From assembly GCA_963703955.1 (NCBI GenBank), contig CAVPGK010000015.1, positions 96,001-160,000 of the forward strand: a stretch of 64,000 bases of DNA, given 5' to 3'. The notes beneath the pieces are model-generated. The model searched no databases, was not told the origin of the DNA, and saw nothing but the letters and a program-made list of their open reading frames with translations. The stretch is from Nitrospirota bacterium. Its GTDB lineage: Bacteria > Nitrospirota > Nitrospiria > Nitrospirales > Nitrospiraceae. Every line of letters starts with the position of its first letter. Within the stretch, counting starts at the first letter, position 1. This document shows, in pieces, positions 1-9,494 of this stretch. The position numbers and the translations under genes are program-made.

Positions 1-1
1 G

Positions 2-1150
2 GCGCACTATCCCACCGAATACCTCGTCGCTCTTCTGACGAGCGAAATGGGCAACGCGGAAAAGATGGTGGGCTATTTTGCCGAATGCCGCGATCTGGGG
101 GTCCGGGTTCTGCCGCCGGATGTCAACGAGAGCCAGACGGATTTCTCCGTGGTGGACGGAGGCATCCGATTTGGGCTTGCGGCAATTAAGAATGTTGGCG
201 AGGGAGCGGTTGACTCAATCATTGCGATTCGGAATGAGAACGGCCGCTTCAAGTCCTTTGCGGATTTCTGCAGGCGCATTGATCTGCATAAGGTCAATAA
301 GCGCGTATTGGAAGGACTGATCAAGGCCGGAGCTTTTGACTCCATGGGGGCGCGACGCGCGCAGTTGGCGGCTGTCTTGGACCGCAGCATTGAGGAAGCG
401 GCAGCGTTCCAGCAAGAACGGGAACGAGGCCAGACGAGCATATTCGGGGATGTCCTCTCAGACCATTCAGCGGACGCTCCCCTGCTCGATGCCCCACTGC
501 CCGACGTCCCCGAGTGGGATCAGGTCCAGCGGCTCAAATACGAACGGGAGCTGACGGGCTTCTATATCACGGCGCATCCCTTGTCCCGCTATGCGGCTGC
601 CATCGAAAAGTTTTCGACGGCCAAGTCGGACAGTCTTGTTGAACTGAGTGACGGCAAGGAAGTGAAGCTCTGTGGAATCGTGAACACCATCAGACCCATG
701 ACGACCAAGAAGGGCGACCGGATGGCATACTTTACGATCGAGGATCTGCATGGCATGATCGAGATCATAGCATTTCCTGACCTCTACCGATCGTCCGGTA
801 CACTGATCGTTCCGGAATCCCTGATTCAGGTGACCGGAACGATAGATCGTGCGGAAAAAGGAACGCGATTGAAGGGGACAAAGATTGAATCGCTGACTGA
901 CCTGCAGCTGCGTGCAATCAGGCGCGTGAACCTTCGGTTAAGTAGCCAAGTGGACACACTCGACCGGTTACCCGAACTGCACGAGATCTTACGTCGATAT
1001 CCAGGACAAGCCTCGATCTACTTTACCTTCTGTCTTGCCTCTCATGAAGCGGATACCACCCCATTACCGAACTTGACGGTTACTCCGAGTGATGGATTTG
1101 TCGCGGAGGTCGAAGAAGTCTTGGGTAAAGGGACGGTGGCCTTGCTCTGA
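2..1150 (+). CDS. dnaE: DNA polymerase III alpha subunit, C-terminal part (5' truncated by the window edge)
   Basis: Frame is open from base 2 (AHYPTEY...); motifs LPPDVNES, IRFGLAAIKNVG, LIKAGAFD, ERELTGFYITAHP and an OB-fold TKKGDRMA. Confidence 0.97.
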   Translation, partial: AHYPTEYLVALLTSEMGNAEKMVGYFAECRDLGVRVLPPDVNESQTDFSVVDGGIRFGLAAIKNVGEGAVDSIIAIRNENGRFKSFADFCRRIDLHKVNKRVLEGLIKAGAFDSMGARRAQLAAVLDRSIEEAAAFQQERERGQTSIFGDVLSDHSADAPLLDAPLPDVPEWDQVQRLKYERELTGFYITAHPLSRYAAAIEKFSTAKSDSLVELSDGKEVKLCGIVNTIRPMTTKKGDRMAYFTIEDLHGMIEIIAFPDLYRSSGTLIVPESLIQVTGTIDRAEKGTRLKGTKIESLTDLQLRAIRRVNLRLSSQVDTLDRLPELHEILRRYPGQASIYFTFCLASHEADTTPLPNLTVTPSDGFVAEVEEVLGKGTVALL

Positions 1151-1174
1151 ACTCTCCACAAGCGAAAGGCTGCG

Positions 1175-2146
1175 ATGCGAGACTATCTGGAATTTGAAAA
1201 GCCGATCCGTGAGATCGAAGAACGGATTGAAAAGCTGGTCGGAGCGGGAGCCACTAAACCATCGGTCCAAGAAGAAATTCGTAAGCTCAAAGCTCGCCTT
1301 GTGCAAACCGAGATCGAGTTGTACACCAAGTTGACGCCATGGCAACGGACTCAGTTAGCCCGGCACGCACAGCGACCCGCCGTCTTGGACTACATCGGGG
1401 GGTTCTGCCGCGATTTCATCGAGTTCCATGGAGACCGCTCATTTGGTGAAGATCGCGCCATCGTAGGAGGGTTCGCCCGGTTTAATGGAGAATCGGTGAT
1501 GACGATCGGCCACATGAAAGGTAAGACACTAAAAGAACGCATGGAGCGGAATTTCGGCATGCCCAACCCGGAGGGCTACCGCAAGGCCTTGCGGTTGATG
1601 CGCATGGCTGAAAAATTTCAACGCCCGATCCTGACGTTTATCGATACACCCGGGGCATATCCGGGCATCGGTGCAGAAGAGCGAGGACAAGCGGAAGCCA
1701 TTGCGCGCAATCTTCTTGTCATGTCACGGCTGACCGTGCCGATAATCTCCATCGTCATCGGAGAGGGCGGGAGTGGCGGAGCCCTCGCACTTGGTATCGC
1801 CGACCGATTGCTCATGCTCGAACATTCGGTTTACTCAGTCATCTCGCCGGAGGGATGTGCCGCGATCTTGTGGGATGATCCGACAAAGGTACCGGATGCG
1901 GCGGCGACCCTGAAGCTCACAGCCGGTGATCTTCTCGAATTGGGGGTGATCGACGAAGTGATTCCTGAACCAGTGGGCGGAGCGCATCGGGATCCGCAGA
2001 CCACAGCGGAGCGAGTGGCCAAAGCCCTCTCCAACCACCTGACTCAGGTTCAGGAACTCTCACCAGAAGAATTACTGATCAGGCGGGACGAAAAATACCG
2101 ACGGATGGGAACCATCTCGATACCTCATCAGCCACCGGTCTCATAA
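1175..2146 (+). CDS. accA: Acetyl-CoA carboxylase carboxyltransferase alpha subunit
   Basis: YLEFEKPI, LTPWQRTQLARH, FGMPNPEGYRKA, DTPGAYPG, GEGGSGGA; dnaE-accA order is typical. Confidence 0.98.
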   Translation: MRDYLEFEKPIREIEERIEKLVGAGATKPSVQEEIRKLKARLVQTEIELYTKLTPWQRTQLARHAQRPAVLDYIGGFCRDFIEFHGDRSFGEDRAIVGGFARFNGESVMTIGHMKGKTLKERMERNFGMPNPEGYRKALRLMRMAEKFQRPILTFIDTPGAYPGIGAEERGQAEAIARNLLVMSRLTVPIISIVIGEGGSGGALALGIADRLLMLEHSVYSVISPEGCAAILWDDPTKVPDAAATLKLTAGDLLELGVIDEVIPEPVGGAHRDPQTTAERVAKALSNHLTQVQELSPEELLIRRDEKYRRMGTISIPHQPPVS

Positions 2147-2248
2147 GTCGTTTTCACTGGCTCATCTATCCGGCATCGCCTTACTTCCTCAACCCATTCG
2201 CAGACTCACACTGAACGGAATAGAAGTGAGCCCGCGTGAGTCCTTGGG

Positions 2249-2527
2249 TCACGGATTTTGCCACATCGCGCCTTCGTACGTTGGATTCAATTGATGGGTG
2301 AGCTTGATTGTGTCGCCGTCTCGAACAATAGAATCCAGAAAGGCGACTTTTCGATTGACCGTGACTAGTAATTCACTTTTATTCATGAACGGCAAGAGAC
2401 CAGCCAGCTTACCGGAATTGGACTCGATCAGAGCCTTGACCGTGACGGCGCCGGTCACCTCAACTTTCAGTTCCGATTCTCCGATGCTGTCTCGCAATGT
2501 TAGACCAAACAATAAGACTGTGACCAT
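2249..2527 (-). CDS. MoaD/ThiS-like beta-grasp (ubiquitin-like) protein lacking the C-terminal GG
   Basis: MVTVLLFG..LRD start and LVTVN...VRDGDTIKL pattern; 92 aa; ends EGAMWQNP. Confidence 0.75.
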   Translation of the reverse strand: MVTVLLFGLTLRDSIGESELKVEVTGAVTVKALIESNSGKLAGLLPFMNKSELLVTVNRKVAFLDSIVRDGDTIKLTHQLNPTYEGAMWQNP

Positions 2528-2723
2528 GGCGCATCGACCTTTTCACCTGTTCCTGGGACGCACCGATGCTCTGCTAAGCGGAGCACGCCAAGAAACACCC
2601 TCACCTACCACAAGGTTCCGACCTTGCACAAGCTCAGAATAGGATTTGGCTTTCTCTCACCGCGAGGAGGTGGGAGGGAGTCTCTTACTCGGCGTTGTAT
2701 TTATCAACTCGTCAACAGACCGA

Positions 2724-3638
2724 TCATACCGGCATTTTGATTTCGCTCAGATCCGGTGTAAAAGACATTCGATGGGTAACCGCTGTATGAAATAGATTGG
2801 CCGGTGTCTCCGCGTCAAATGGAAATGTGGCCGTGCCGAATTCTAGGTTCAGATTCAAGTCTGGAGATAGGTGAGCAATAGCCAGTTCAAATCTTGCCGC
2901 GATTCGCCGGCTCACAGAACGCGCTCCCTGGCTATCCGATTGCGGCAGCAGGACCGCAAATTCGTCCTCAGCAATGCGGCAAGCATAATCGTGCCCGCGC
3001 AGAGCGGCCTTGCAGGCACATGCCATCCTCACGAGCACAGCATTGCTCACTGAGAGACCGTGTGCGAGATGCACCGCCCTCCAATTGCGCAGTGAGAAGA
3101 AGAGCAGCGCACACGAATAGCCGTAACGCTCCGACCGATCCAACTCGTGCATCATATATCGATCAAAGACGCGTCGAGAGCACAAATCGGTGAGCGGGTC
3201 AATATCGGCATTTTGAGCCGCATGGTCATGGCGAGCGCCGACAAGTTCAAGCCTCTTTTCCTCCAGACGAAAGATGAACCCCTCCAGAGCTGTCACCGTT
3301 TCGTTAATGCTGGCCTTCGTGCTCGCATTGATCCGAAGGTTCTGGGATGCGCGCGCTTCAGGTGAAGATTTTCCGAAAATCTCGCCGATCGACTGTCGGA
3401 CTTGCCTCTCAGTCATCACAATCTCTCTGCGCGCGTGGAACTGAAGCGCCTCGTCCGGCACACGATGCCCATCAGCACTGTTTTTGCCGGTATCGTCGAA
3501 TGAGGGGACGTCTTTCTCTAGGTCTTTAACCTGTTCAATTAGATGCCGCAAGCCCTCGATGCCGTGCGCGATCTCCTCGGGCGACGTAAGAACCTTATGA
3601 TGGGCAAGAGGTTGCGCGGCTGAGCTATTGTCTCGCAT
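2724..3638 (-). CDS. Degenerate GGDEF-domain protein
   Basis: DPLTDLCSRR, RGHDYACRIAEDEFAVLLP, FG.ATFP.D; AEDEF replaces GGDEF. Confidence 0.85.
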   Translation of the reverse strand: MRDNSSAAQPLAHHKVLTSPEEIAHGIEGLRHLIEQVKDLEKDVPSFDDTGKNSADGHRVPDEALQFHARREIVMTERQVRQSIGEIFGKSSPEARASQNLRINASTKASINETVTALEGFIFRLEEKRLELVGARHDHAAQNADIDPLTDLCSRRVFDRYMMHELDRSERYGYSCALLFFSLRNWRAVHLAHGLSVSNAVLVRMACACKAALRGHDYACRIAEDEFAVLLPQSDSQGARSVSRRIAARFELAIAHLSPDLNLNLEFGTATFPFDAETPANLFHTAVTHRMSFTPDLSEIKMPV

Positions 3639-3972
3639 AAGTCAACTCCTTTATCCAGTCCTAACCGGGTTTCATCAAACCATGGCCCGCCTCTAATCCT
3701 GGTACAAAACCGGAACTACTAGACAGCAAACAACAGGCCTCTATGGTGAAGCTTTCAAGATGTTAATTAAACAAGGGGTTGTGGAGCATAACCGCCTTCA
3801 CTCATGGTCTTCTCGAAGCACGTGAGACGCCGTCGTGTCTCAAGCTGGTCTCAGGTGAATCATGACAGCAGGGATGTAAGGCGGGGGAGACTTACCCCCT
3901 CCCAAACCTAGAGGCAAAGGATGAGTCGAAAATTCAACTAACGGATCTGGGATGGCTACGTCAGCCGTCCGG

Positions 3973-5283
3973 TCATTCAATTCGTAACGGCACGTTCCGT
4001 TGTGAATGGATTTGTTGACTGAACCGTAGCGCGACGGTCGCCGTCGCAAACATCATGATTGCAATTCCGACAATGCTGACGTGCTCACCGAACTCCTGTG
4101 TCACCCAGCCGAAGGTTGTCATTCCACTCATCGCGGCAGCCATCGCCCCGGTACCGTAGAGGGTCAGCGCTCGGCCGATCATATCCGCAGGAGACAGCTC
4201 TTGTAGCACACCCCAGGCGATCGGAGTAAACACCCCGATCCCCCCACCAATGATGCTCATCAGGAGTGCCGCCACAAGGCGATCAGGAGACCATAAGAGA
4301 CCGCAGAGAGCCACGCCGCTCATTGCACTCGCGATGGCGATCCCAAGCACCCGCTGATGCAAGGACCACCTCGTTAGCTTGACCAATCCTAGAGACACCA
4401 CGAATAGCCCGACGCCCAGAGCGGACCAGAGATATCCAACCTCGATCGGCCCAAGGTCCAGCATTGTCCTTCCGAAGACTGGGAAGAGTGTGGAGAACGC
4501 GCTGGTCCCAAAACTGTACAACGCGGCCGTCACTATTAGAAGCAAGATCGTCCGCTGCCGGACGAAGACAAACCGGATGCCCTCGACCAGATCGCAGCGA
4601 ATGGACGCAGCCACGGTGGCGACCCTCTGAGAAGAGGAGACAGCCGAGAAACGAACTGGCAGGAGACAGGCGGCCGAAAGCAAATACGTGGCTGCGTTCA
4701 CACAGAGAACCTCTTGAGAGCTATAGGCCGCGATCCCAATCCCGCTGAGGAGTGACCCCAGTATGGCCCCCACGCTGGTTGTGGTCTGCAATAATGCATT
4801 TGCAGCGGTAAACTGCGAGCGCTCAACTAGAAGTGGAATCGAGGCAGTGAGGGCGGGCCCAAAAATCGCGGTGACGATGGCGTGTAAGAAGACCAGGAGG
4901 TACAGGGTTTCCACAGTGAACGAGTCAATTCCCATCCAGCAGGGAATAAGTCCGATCAAGACTGCGCGCAAGATGTCGATCCCGATAAGGATTGGCTTCT
5001 TTGGCAGCCGATCCAAATAGACCCCGATGAGCGGGCCAAGGAGGATCGGCGGGATCGTCTGCAACATGCCGATGACCGTGGTTTTCAGCGGCGAACCGGT
5101 GATTGAATACACGAACCACAGCATGGCGAGCTTGGTTACACCATCACCGATCTGCGAAGCCACTTGGCTCCACCACACAAGCCCAAAGTCTCGAGTGAAC
5201 ACCAAGGGTCGCCGGTTTGATAGTAGATGCCCGCTCACTTGAAGAAACCCGATATCCATCGCGCACGATCTGCAATCACTCAT
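3973..5283 (-). CDS. MFS transporter (H+ antiporter/efflux-like)
   Basis: About 12 hydrophobic segments; RDFGLVW.SQ.ASQIGD; motif A GVYLDRLPKK; start codon uncertain. Confidence 0.9.
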   Translation of the reverse strand: MSDCRSCAMDIGFLQVSGHLLSNRRPLVFTRDFGLVWWSQVASQIGDGVTKLAMLWFVYSITGSPLKTTVIGMLQTIPPILLGPLIGVYLDRLPKKPILIGIDILRAVLIGLIPCWMGIDSFTVETLYLLVFLHAIVTAIFGPALTASIPLLVERSQFTAANALLQTTTSVGAILGSLLSGIGIAAYSSQEVLCVNAATYLLSAACLLPVRFSAVSSSQRVATVAASIRCDLVEGIRFVFVRQRTILLLIVTAALYSFGTSAFSTLFPVFGRTMLDLGPIEVGYLWSALGVGLFVVSLGLVKLTRWSLHQRVLGIAIASAMSGVALCGLLWSPDRLVAALLMSIIGGGIGVFTPIAWGVLQELSPADMIGRALTLYGTGAMAAAMSGMTTFGWVTQEFGEHVSIVGIAIMMFATATVALRFSQQIHSQRNVPLRIE

Positions 5284-5675
5284 CCGCCTTGAACTCCTCT
5301 ATCAGCTCTCCCCACACGGCCGTTTCCCACTGCTACAGAGGACAATCAATCTTCACGCGTCTCTTGCAACGAAAATGGGGTGAGCAACCGCGATGCCAAC
5401 CTTGGTGGCGACCAGACGAGAGACTGATGCCTTGGTGCGAACATTTCATTTCATAAAACAAACCTGATACTTAGAAGACTTTTGTAAGGTAGGCTTATCG
5501 AAGCACCAGGGAAGGAGCAAACGAGCTAGTTTATCTAAAAGGATACTTAGCGGTATCGAATCCGGTCATATTTTCTGTCATCTGTAGCGGAAAGCCCACA
5601 AGGCAGCTCGGATCCTGAAGCGTTGTGCCGTTTCTTGCGCATTCCGTCCAAACTCCCCTTGAACAGGTTAGGTGG

Positions 5676-6505
5676 TAAATCGGCCCCGGTTTCTTTGGAC
5701 AGTGGTTTGGATCACAATACTGTTCAAGGAGGCCAGGCATGGATCGACCGTCATCGAAATCTTCAAAGGAGCCAGCGCCGCCTCGTGAGGGGGCACCGGA
5801 GCTGTCGGAGCATTGGAGTGCGCACCGGAAGACGGAATTGGTCCTGCGTCTGCTGCGAGACGAATCGCTGGACAGCATCTCCCGCGAGAGCCAAGTTCCC
5901 GCGCATGAGCTGGAGAGCTGGCAACGCGCGTTTCTTGAAGCTGGCGCCAGGAGCTTCAAGCGCCAGACTGATCCTGAGGAGCGGGAGCTTCTACGGACCC
6001 GGGCCAAATTAGGGGAAGTGATGATGGGCTCGAGCTGGCCGAGGATCTGCTCGAAAAAAAAGGATATGGTGAGGAATTGAAGAAGCGCAGGCCATGAAGA
6101 CCCAGATCAGTCCCAGCACTGGTCGGCGTCATCCCCTTACGCTGATCCTGCCGTGTGTATCGGGTGCCGCGCTCGAGTGTCTATGCGATCCGGCCGAGGT
6201 CGAGGCCGATCACGGTCAGCAAGCGCAGACCAAAAACGCGGGCCAGTGATACGGATCTGCTCATAGCCATTCGCCAGGTCCTGGCCGCCAGTCCCTTCCA
6301 TGGGGAAGGGTAGAGGCGCGCGCGTGGGTGGCAAACGCGTCTTGCGCTGGATGCGGCAGCACAGGCCTCCTAGCGCCCCGCCGCTTGGGCCCGCCAAATG
6401 GCAACCCTGCCCACGATAGGCGCATCATCACGGATCGGCCCAATGTGGCCCGGGCAAGGACCTGGGATTCGATTTGGGTGCTGTCCAAGACAAGTCCTGC
6501 GGTAG
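5676..6505 (+). mobile_element. Decayed IS3-family element (orfA 5739-6080 plus orfB fragments, internal deletion)
   Basis: OrfA WSAHRKTELVLRLLR...; orfB fragments (RVLRWMRQ, HDRRIITDRPNV) with stops and frameshifts; left IR-like TAAATCGGCCCCGGTTTCTTTGGACAG and degenerate right IR starting CTGTCCAAG at 6481. Confidence 0.7.
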
Positions 6506-7025
6506 CTATTTTGGCAAGAGCGATCAATCCCATCTATTACGCTAAGCAATTCATCACTCACTGAATTCGCTTAGGGTTAGCAAGCACAACGATCTCTCAA
6601 CGGACGTCAGGATCGTAAAGCAATGGTGGTCTGTGAAGCAGACGCCCGAGAGCACACGGACAGGTTTCTTCTGCATCCGACTTGGACCTTAGTGACTTAG
6701 TGAAGGTATCTGCCGGTCCATTGGGTTCGAAGGCGGGACTTCCCAGACCGGCTGTTATTGGAGGACGTGAATTTGATCCCGATACTCCTGTTGTGAGGCA
6801 AGTGCACTGCAATATTTATTCATTGACTTCAATATGGACTGATCGTACCGTAGCGTAATCACCTAAGAATTTAGGTTAGTTGTGGTTCCGTGGCCTGTGG
6901 CCGTGGTCAGGCCATTCGCGGACAATTAGCAATTGCTCTAGGCAGCATCATAAGGATCGATCGGTGAACCTCCCCTGATTTTGTGGACACCTCTTAGGCA
7001 TAATGCCAAGAAGGAGGTGTATCCG

Positions 7026-7306
7026 ATGAAGAGAGACCGACGAATATTAGTTCGGAGTTCAAGCAGGAGGCCATCGCACTGGTGCGCCGCAGTGGCCAGA
7101 GTGCCAATCAGGTGGCAAAGGAACTGGGGATCAATCAAACCACGTTGAGCCGATGGCAGCGTGAGGCCAATAGCACGCTGCCGGGGACGAATGGATTTCA
7201 GGCGGCGGAGGAACTCAAACAGTTACGCCGTGAAGTTGAACGGCTTCGCATGGAGCGGGACATCCTAAAAAAGGCGGCAGCCTTCTTCGCCAAGGAGTCG
7301 GCATGA
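7026..7306 (+). pseudogene. IS3 transposase OrfA (HTH), with a 1-bp frameshift near the 5' end
   Basis: AAGGAGGT RBS and ATG at 7026 (MKRDRR) are out of frame with SSEFKQEAIALVR...LRMERDILKKAAAFFAKE. Confidence 0.8.
7267..7273 (+). promoter_or_regulatory. -1 programmed ribosomal frameshift signal A AAA AAG (IS3 orfA/orfB)
   Basis: AAAAAAG in the LKKA codons at the end of orfA; orfB lies in the -1 frame. Confidence 0.75.
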
Positions 7307-8178
7307 GGTATGGCTTCATTCAGGCGGAGAAGGCGCAGTATCCCGTCGAGATGTTGTGTCGGGTCATGGCCGTCGCTCGTAGTGGGTTCTATGCTTGGCG
7401 TCGGCACCCCGAGAGGGCGCGCGATCGAGCGAATCACTGGCTGGGGGCACACCTGCGGGCATGTTATCAGGAATTTCGAGGACGGTATGGGAGTCCGCGT
7501 CTGCATCGGGAACTCCAGGCCCGAGGGATTCGCGTCGGCCGTCATCGCGTGGCCCGGCTGATGCGGCTGCACGGTCTGCGGAGTATCTGCCGTCGCCACT
7601 ATCGGCGGCCACGGCCGTGTCCTCCAGAGATGATGGCCGCCAACGACTTGCAGCGGAACTTCACGGCCACCCGCCCGAATCACAAATGGGTGGGCGACAT
7701 CACGTACATTGCGACCCGCGAGGGCTGGCTGTATCTCGCCGTGTTGTTGGATCTTTATTCTCGGCGCATTGTGGGATGGGCCATGGGGACGCAGATGACC
7801 ACGGCCCTGACCATGCAGGCATTGGAGATGGCCCTGCACCAGCGTCCGGCCGTGTCAGGGTTGCTCCATCATTCGGACCGAGGCTGTCAGTATGCCGCCG
7901 TCACCTACCAGCAACGGCTGACTGCCCTGGGGATTCACGGCTCGATGAGTCGCCCCGGCAATTGTTGGGACAATGCGGTGGTGGAAAGCTTCTTTGCCAC
8001 GCTGAAGACCGAACTGGTCCATCACCGACGGTTTCAGACACGGCAGGAGGCCAAGACCGAGATCTTCGAGTATCTGGAAGGGTTCTATAATCGGCGGCGG
8101 CGGCATTCCACCTTGGGCTATCTCAGCCCGGCGGAGTTTGAACGGCAGGCAGGGCAAGTCATACGGGCTGTCCACTAA
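7303..8178 (+). CDS. IS3 transposase OrfB (DDE/rve)
   Basis: WVGDITY, LYLAVLLDLYSRRIVGW, HHSDRG.QY, GNCWDNAVVESFF. Confidence 0.95.
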   Translation: MRYGFIQAEKAQYPVEMLCRVMAVARSGFYAWRRHPERARDRANHWLGAHLRACYQEFRGRYGSPRLHRELQARGIRVGRHRVARLMRLHGLRSICRRHYRRPRPCPPEMMAANDLQRNFTATRPNHKWVGDITYIATREGWLYLAVLLDLYSRRIVGWAMGTQMTTALTMQALEMALHQRPAVSGLLHHSDRGCQYAAVTYQQRLTALGIHGSMSRPGNCWDNAVVESFFATLKTELVHHRRFQTRQEAKTEIFEYLEGFYNRRRRHSTLGYLSPAEFERQAGQVIRAVH

Positions 8179-8265
8179 ATCGGGGAAAGATCACGGAGAA
8201 AACTACGACCCTAGTTCGTAAGGCTGCATAAAGACTGCGTCCTCCTCAAGGACAGGAGTCCGCAC

Positions 8266-9421
8266 CTAGCGGTGCGTCCCAGAAATACGTTCACAAGGTC
8301 GACGGACTTTGGCGAGGATCGAATCAGCGGTCGCGGTTCACGCAAAGGGCCGGGCCTTGCTGTGGTAAGTCTGCACGACGTACTCAATCTTGCCGACCAG
8401 CTCCCTGACGCTCCGGAAGGAGCCGCGGCGAATAGCCTGTTGGGAGATGCGGCGGAACCAGATCTCCACCTGGTTGAGCCAGGAGGCATACGTCGGCGTG
8501 TAGTGGACATGGTAGCGGGGGTGTGATGCCAGCCACATCCGGACTTTCGGGGGCTTATGCGTGGCATAGTTATCGACGATCAGGTGGATCGCCAAGTCCG
8601 AGGGCACGCTGACGTCGATATGCCGCAGAAACGCAAGGAATTCCTGATGCCGGTGCCGGCGCCGACATTGACTGATGATCGCCCCGGTGGCCACGTTCAG
8701 GGCGGCGAACAAGGTCGTGGTGCCGTGGCGTACGTAGTCATGCGTCACCCCTTCGACGTAGCCCAGGCCCAGGGGGAGGATGGGTTGCGTGCGATCCAAT
8801 GCCTGGACTTGTGTTTTCTCATCCACACACAGCACCAACGCCTTGTCGGGGGGATTGAGGTACAGCCCCACGGATCTTCTCGACGAAGAACGGATCGGTG
8901 GAGAGCTTGAAGGTGTGCTGCCGATGGGGCTGAAGCCCAAACGCCTGCCAGACGCGCTGGATGGTGGATTTAGGGATGCCGGTGAGTCCTCCATCATGCG
9001 ACAACTCCACTGCGTGCTGGCCGCGGGCTTCGTGCGCAGTGTCCTGGTGATCAAAGCGGCAATCTCCTCGTCGGCGCGCGAGCGCGGCCGTCCGGGGCGG
9101 AGCTCATCATGGAGGCCGGCCAGGCGATCGCGGATGAACCGCTGCCGCCACGGACGGCCGCGCTTGTCACCGCCAGCTTCTGGGCGAGCGCGGCATTGCT
9201 CAGCCCCTCATGCGACAACAGGATCATGCGAGCGCGAGTCCCGAGACCGTGAGAGATCGCGCGTGCCGTGATGAGACTTTGCAACTGAGCCACTTTGTCC
9301 GTCGTCACAGTCAACGCAGCTTTCGGTCGGTCGGTCTTCATATGGGCACCTCCTTGTACGAGATGCGCACAGAAGATGCAAGACATGACACATGCCTGCT
9401 ACTTTTGGGACACTACCCTAG
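8266..9421 (-). mobile_element. IS630-family element with frameshifted transposase
   Basis: VLCVDEKTQVQALDR, HDYVRHGTTTLFAAL, IVDNYATHK, SWLNQVEIWF spread over several frames; related termini CTAGCGGTGCGTCCCAGAAATA and CTAGGGTAGTGTCCCAAAAGTA (revcomp), each bounded by CTAG. Confidence 0.88.
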
Positions 9422-9494
9422 CACGAGTTGCAACTTTTCAGACGGGTGGTTTTTCTGCTCCACAGGAACAAAATTCGACGAAAGGAATCAAGAA

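Larger units (their letters stand above)
6965..8193 (+). mobile_element. IS3-family insertion sequence, 1229 bp, 3-bp target duplication CGG
   Basis: IRL TGAACCTCCCCTGATTTTGTGGAC vs IRR (revcomp) TGATCTTTCCCCGATTTAGTGGAC, 19/24 match; CGG at 6962-6964 and 8194-8196; TG...CA ends. Confidence 0.95.

Noticed and set aside
2552..2564. 13-bp match (CTGGGACGCACCG) to the IS630 end
   Set aside because: Isolated, with no CTAG terminus or partner end; probably chance
9210..9494. 95-aa N-terminal extension of the hybrid kinase ORF
   Set aside because: It runs through the IS630 element; the receiver domain starts at ATG 9495
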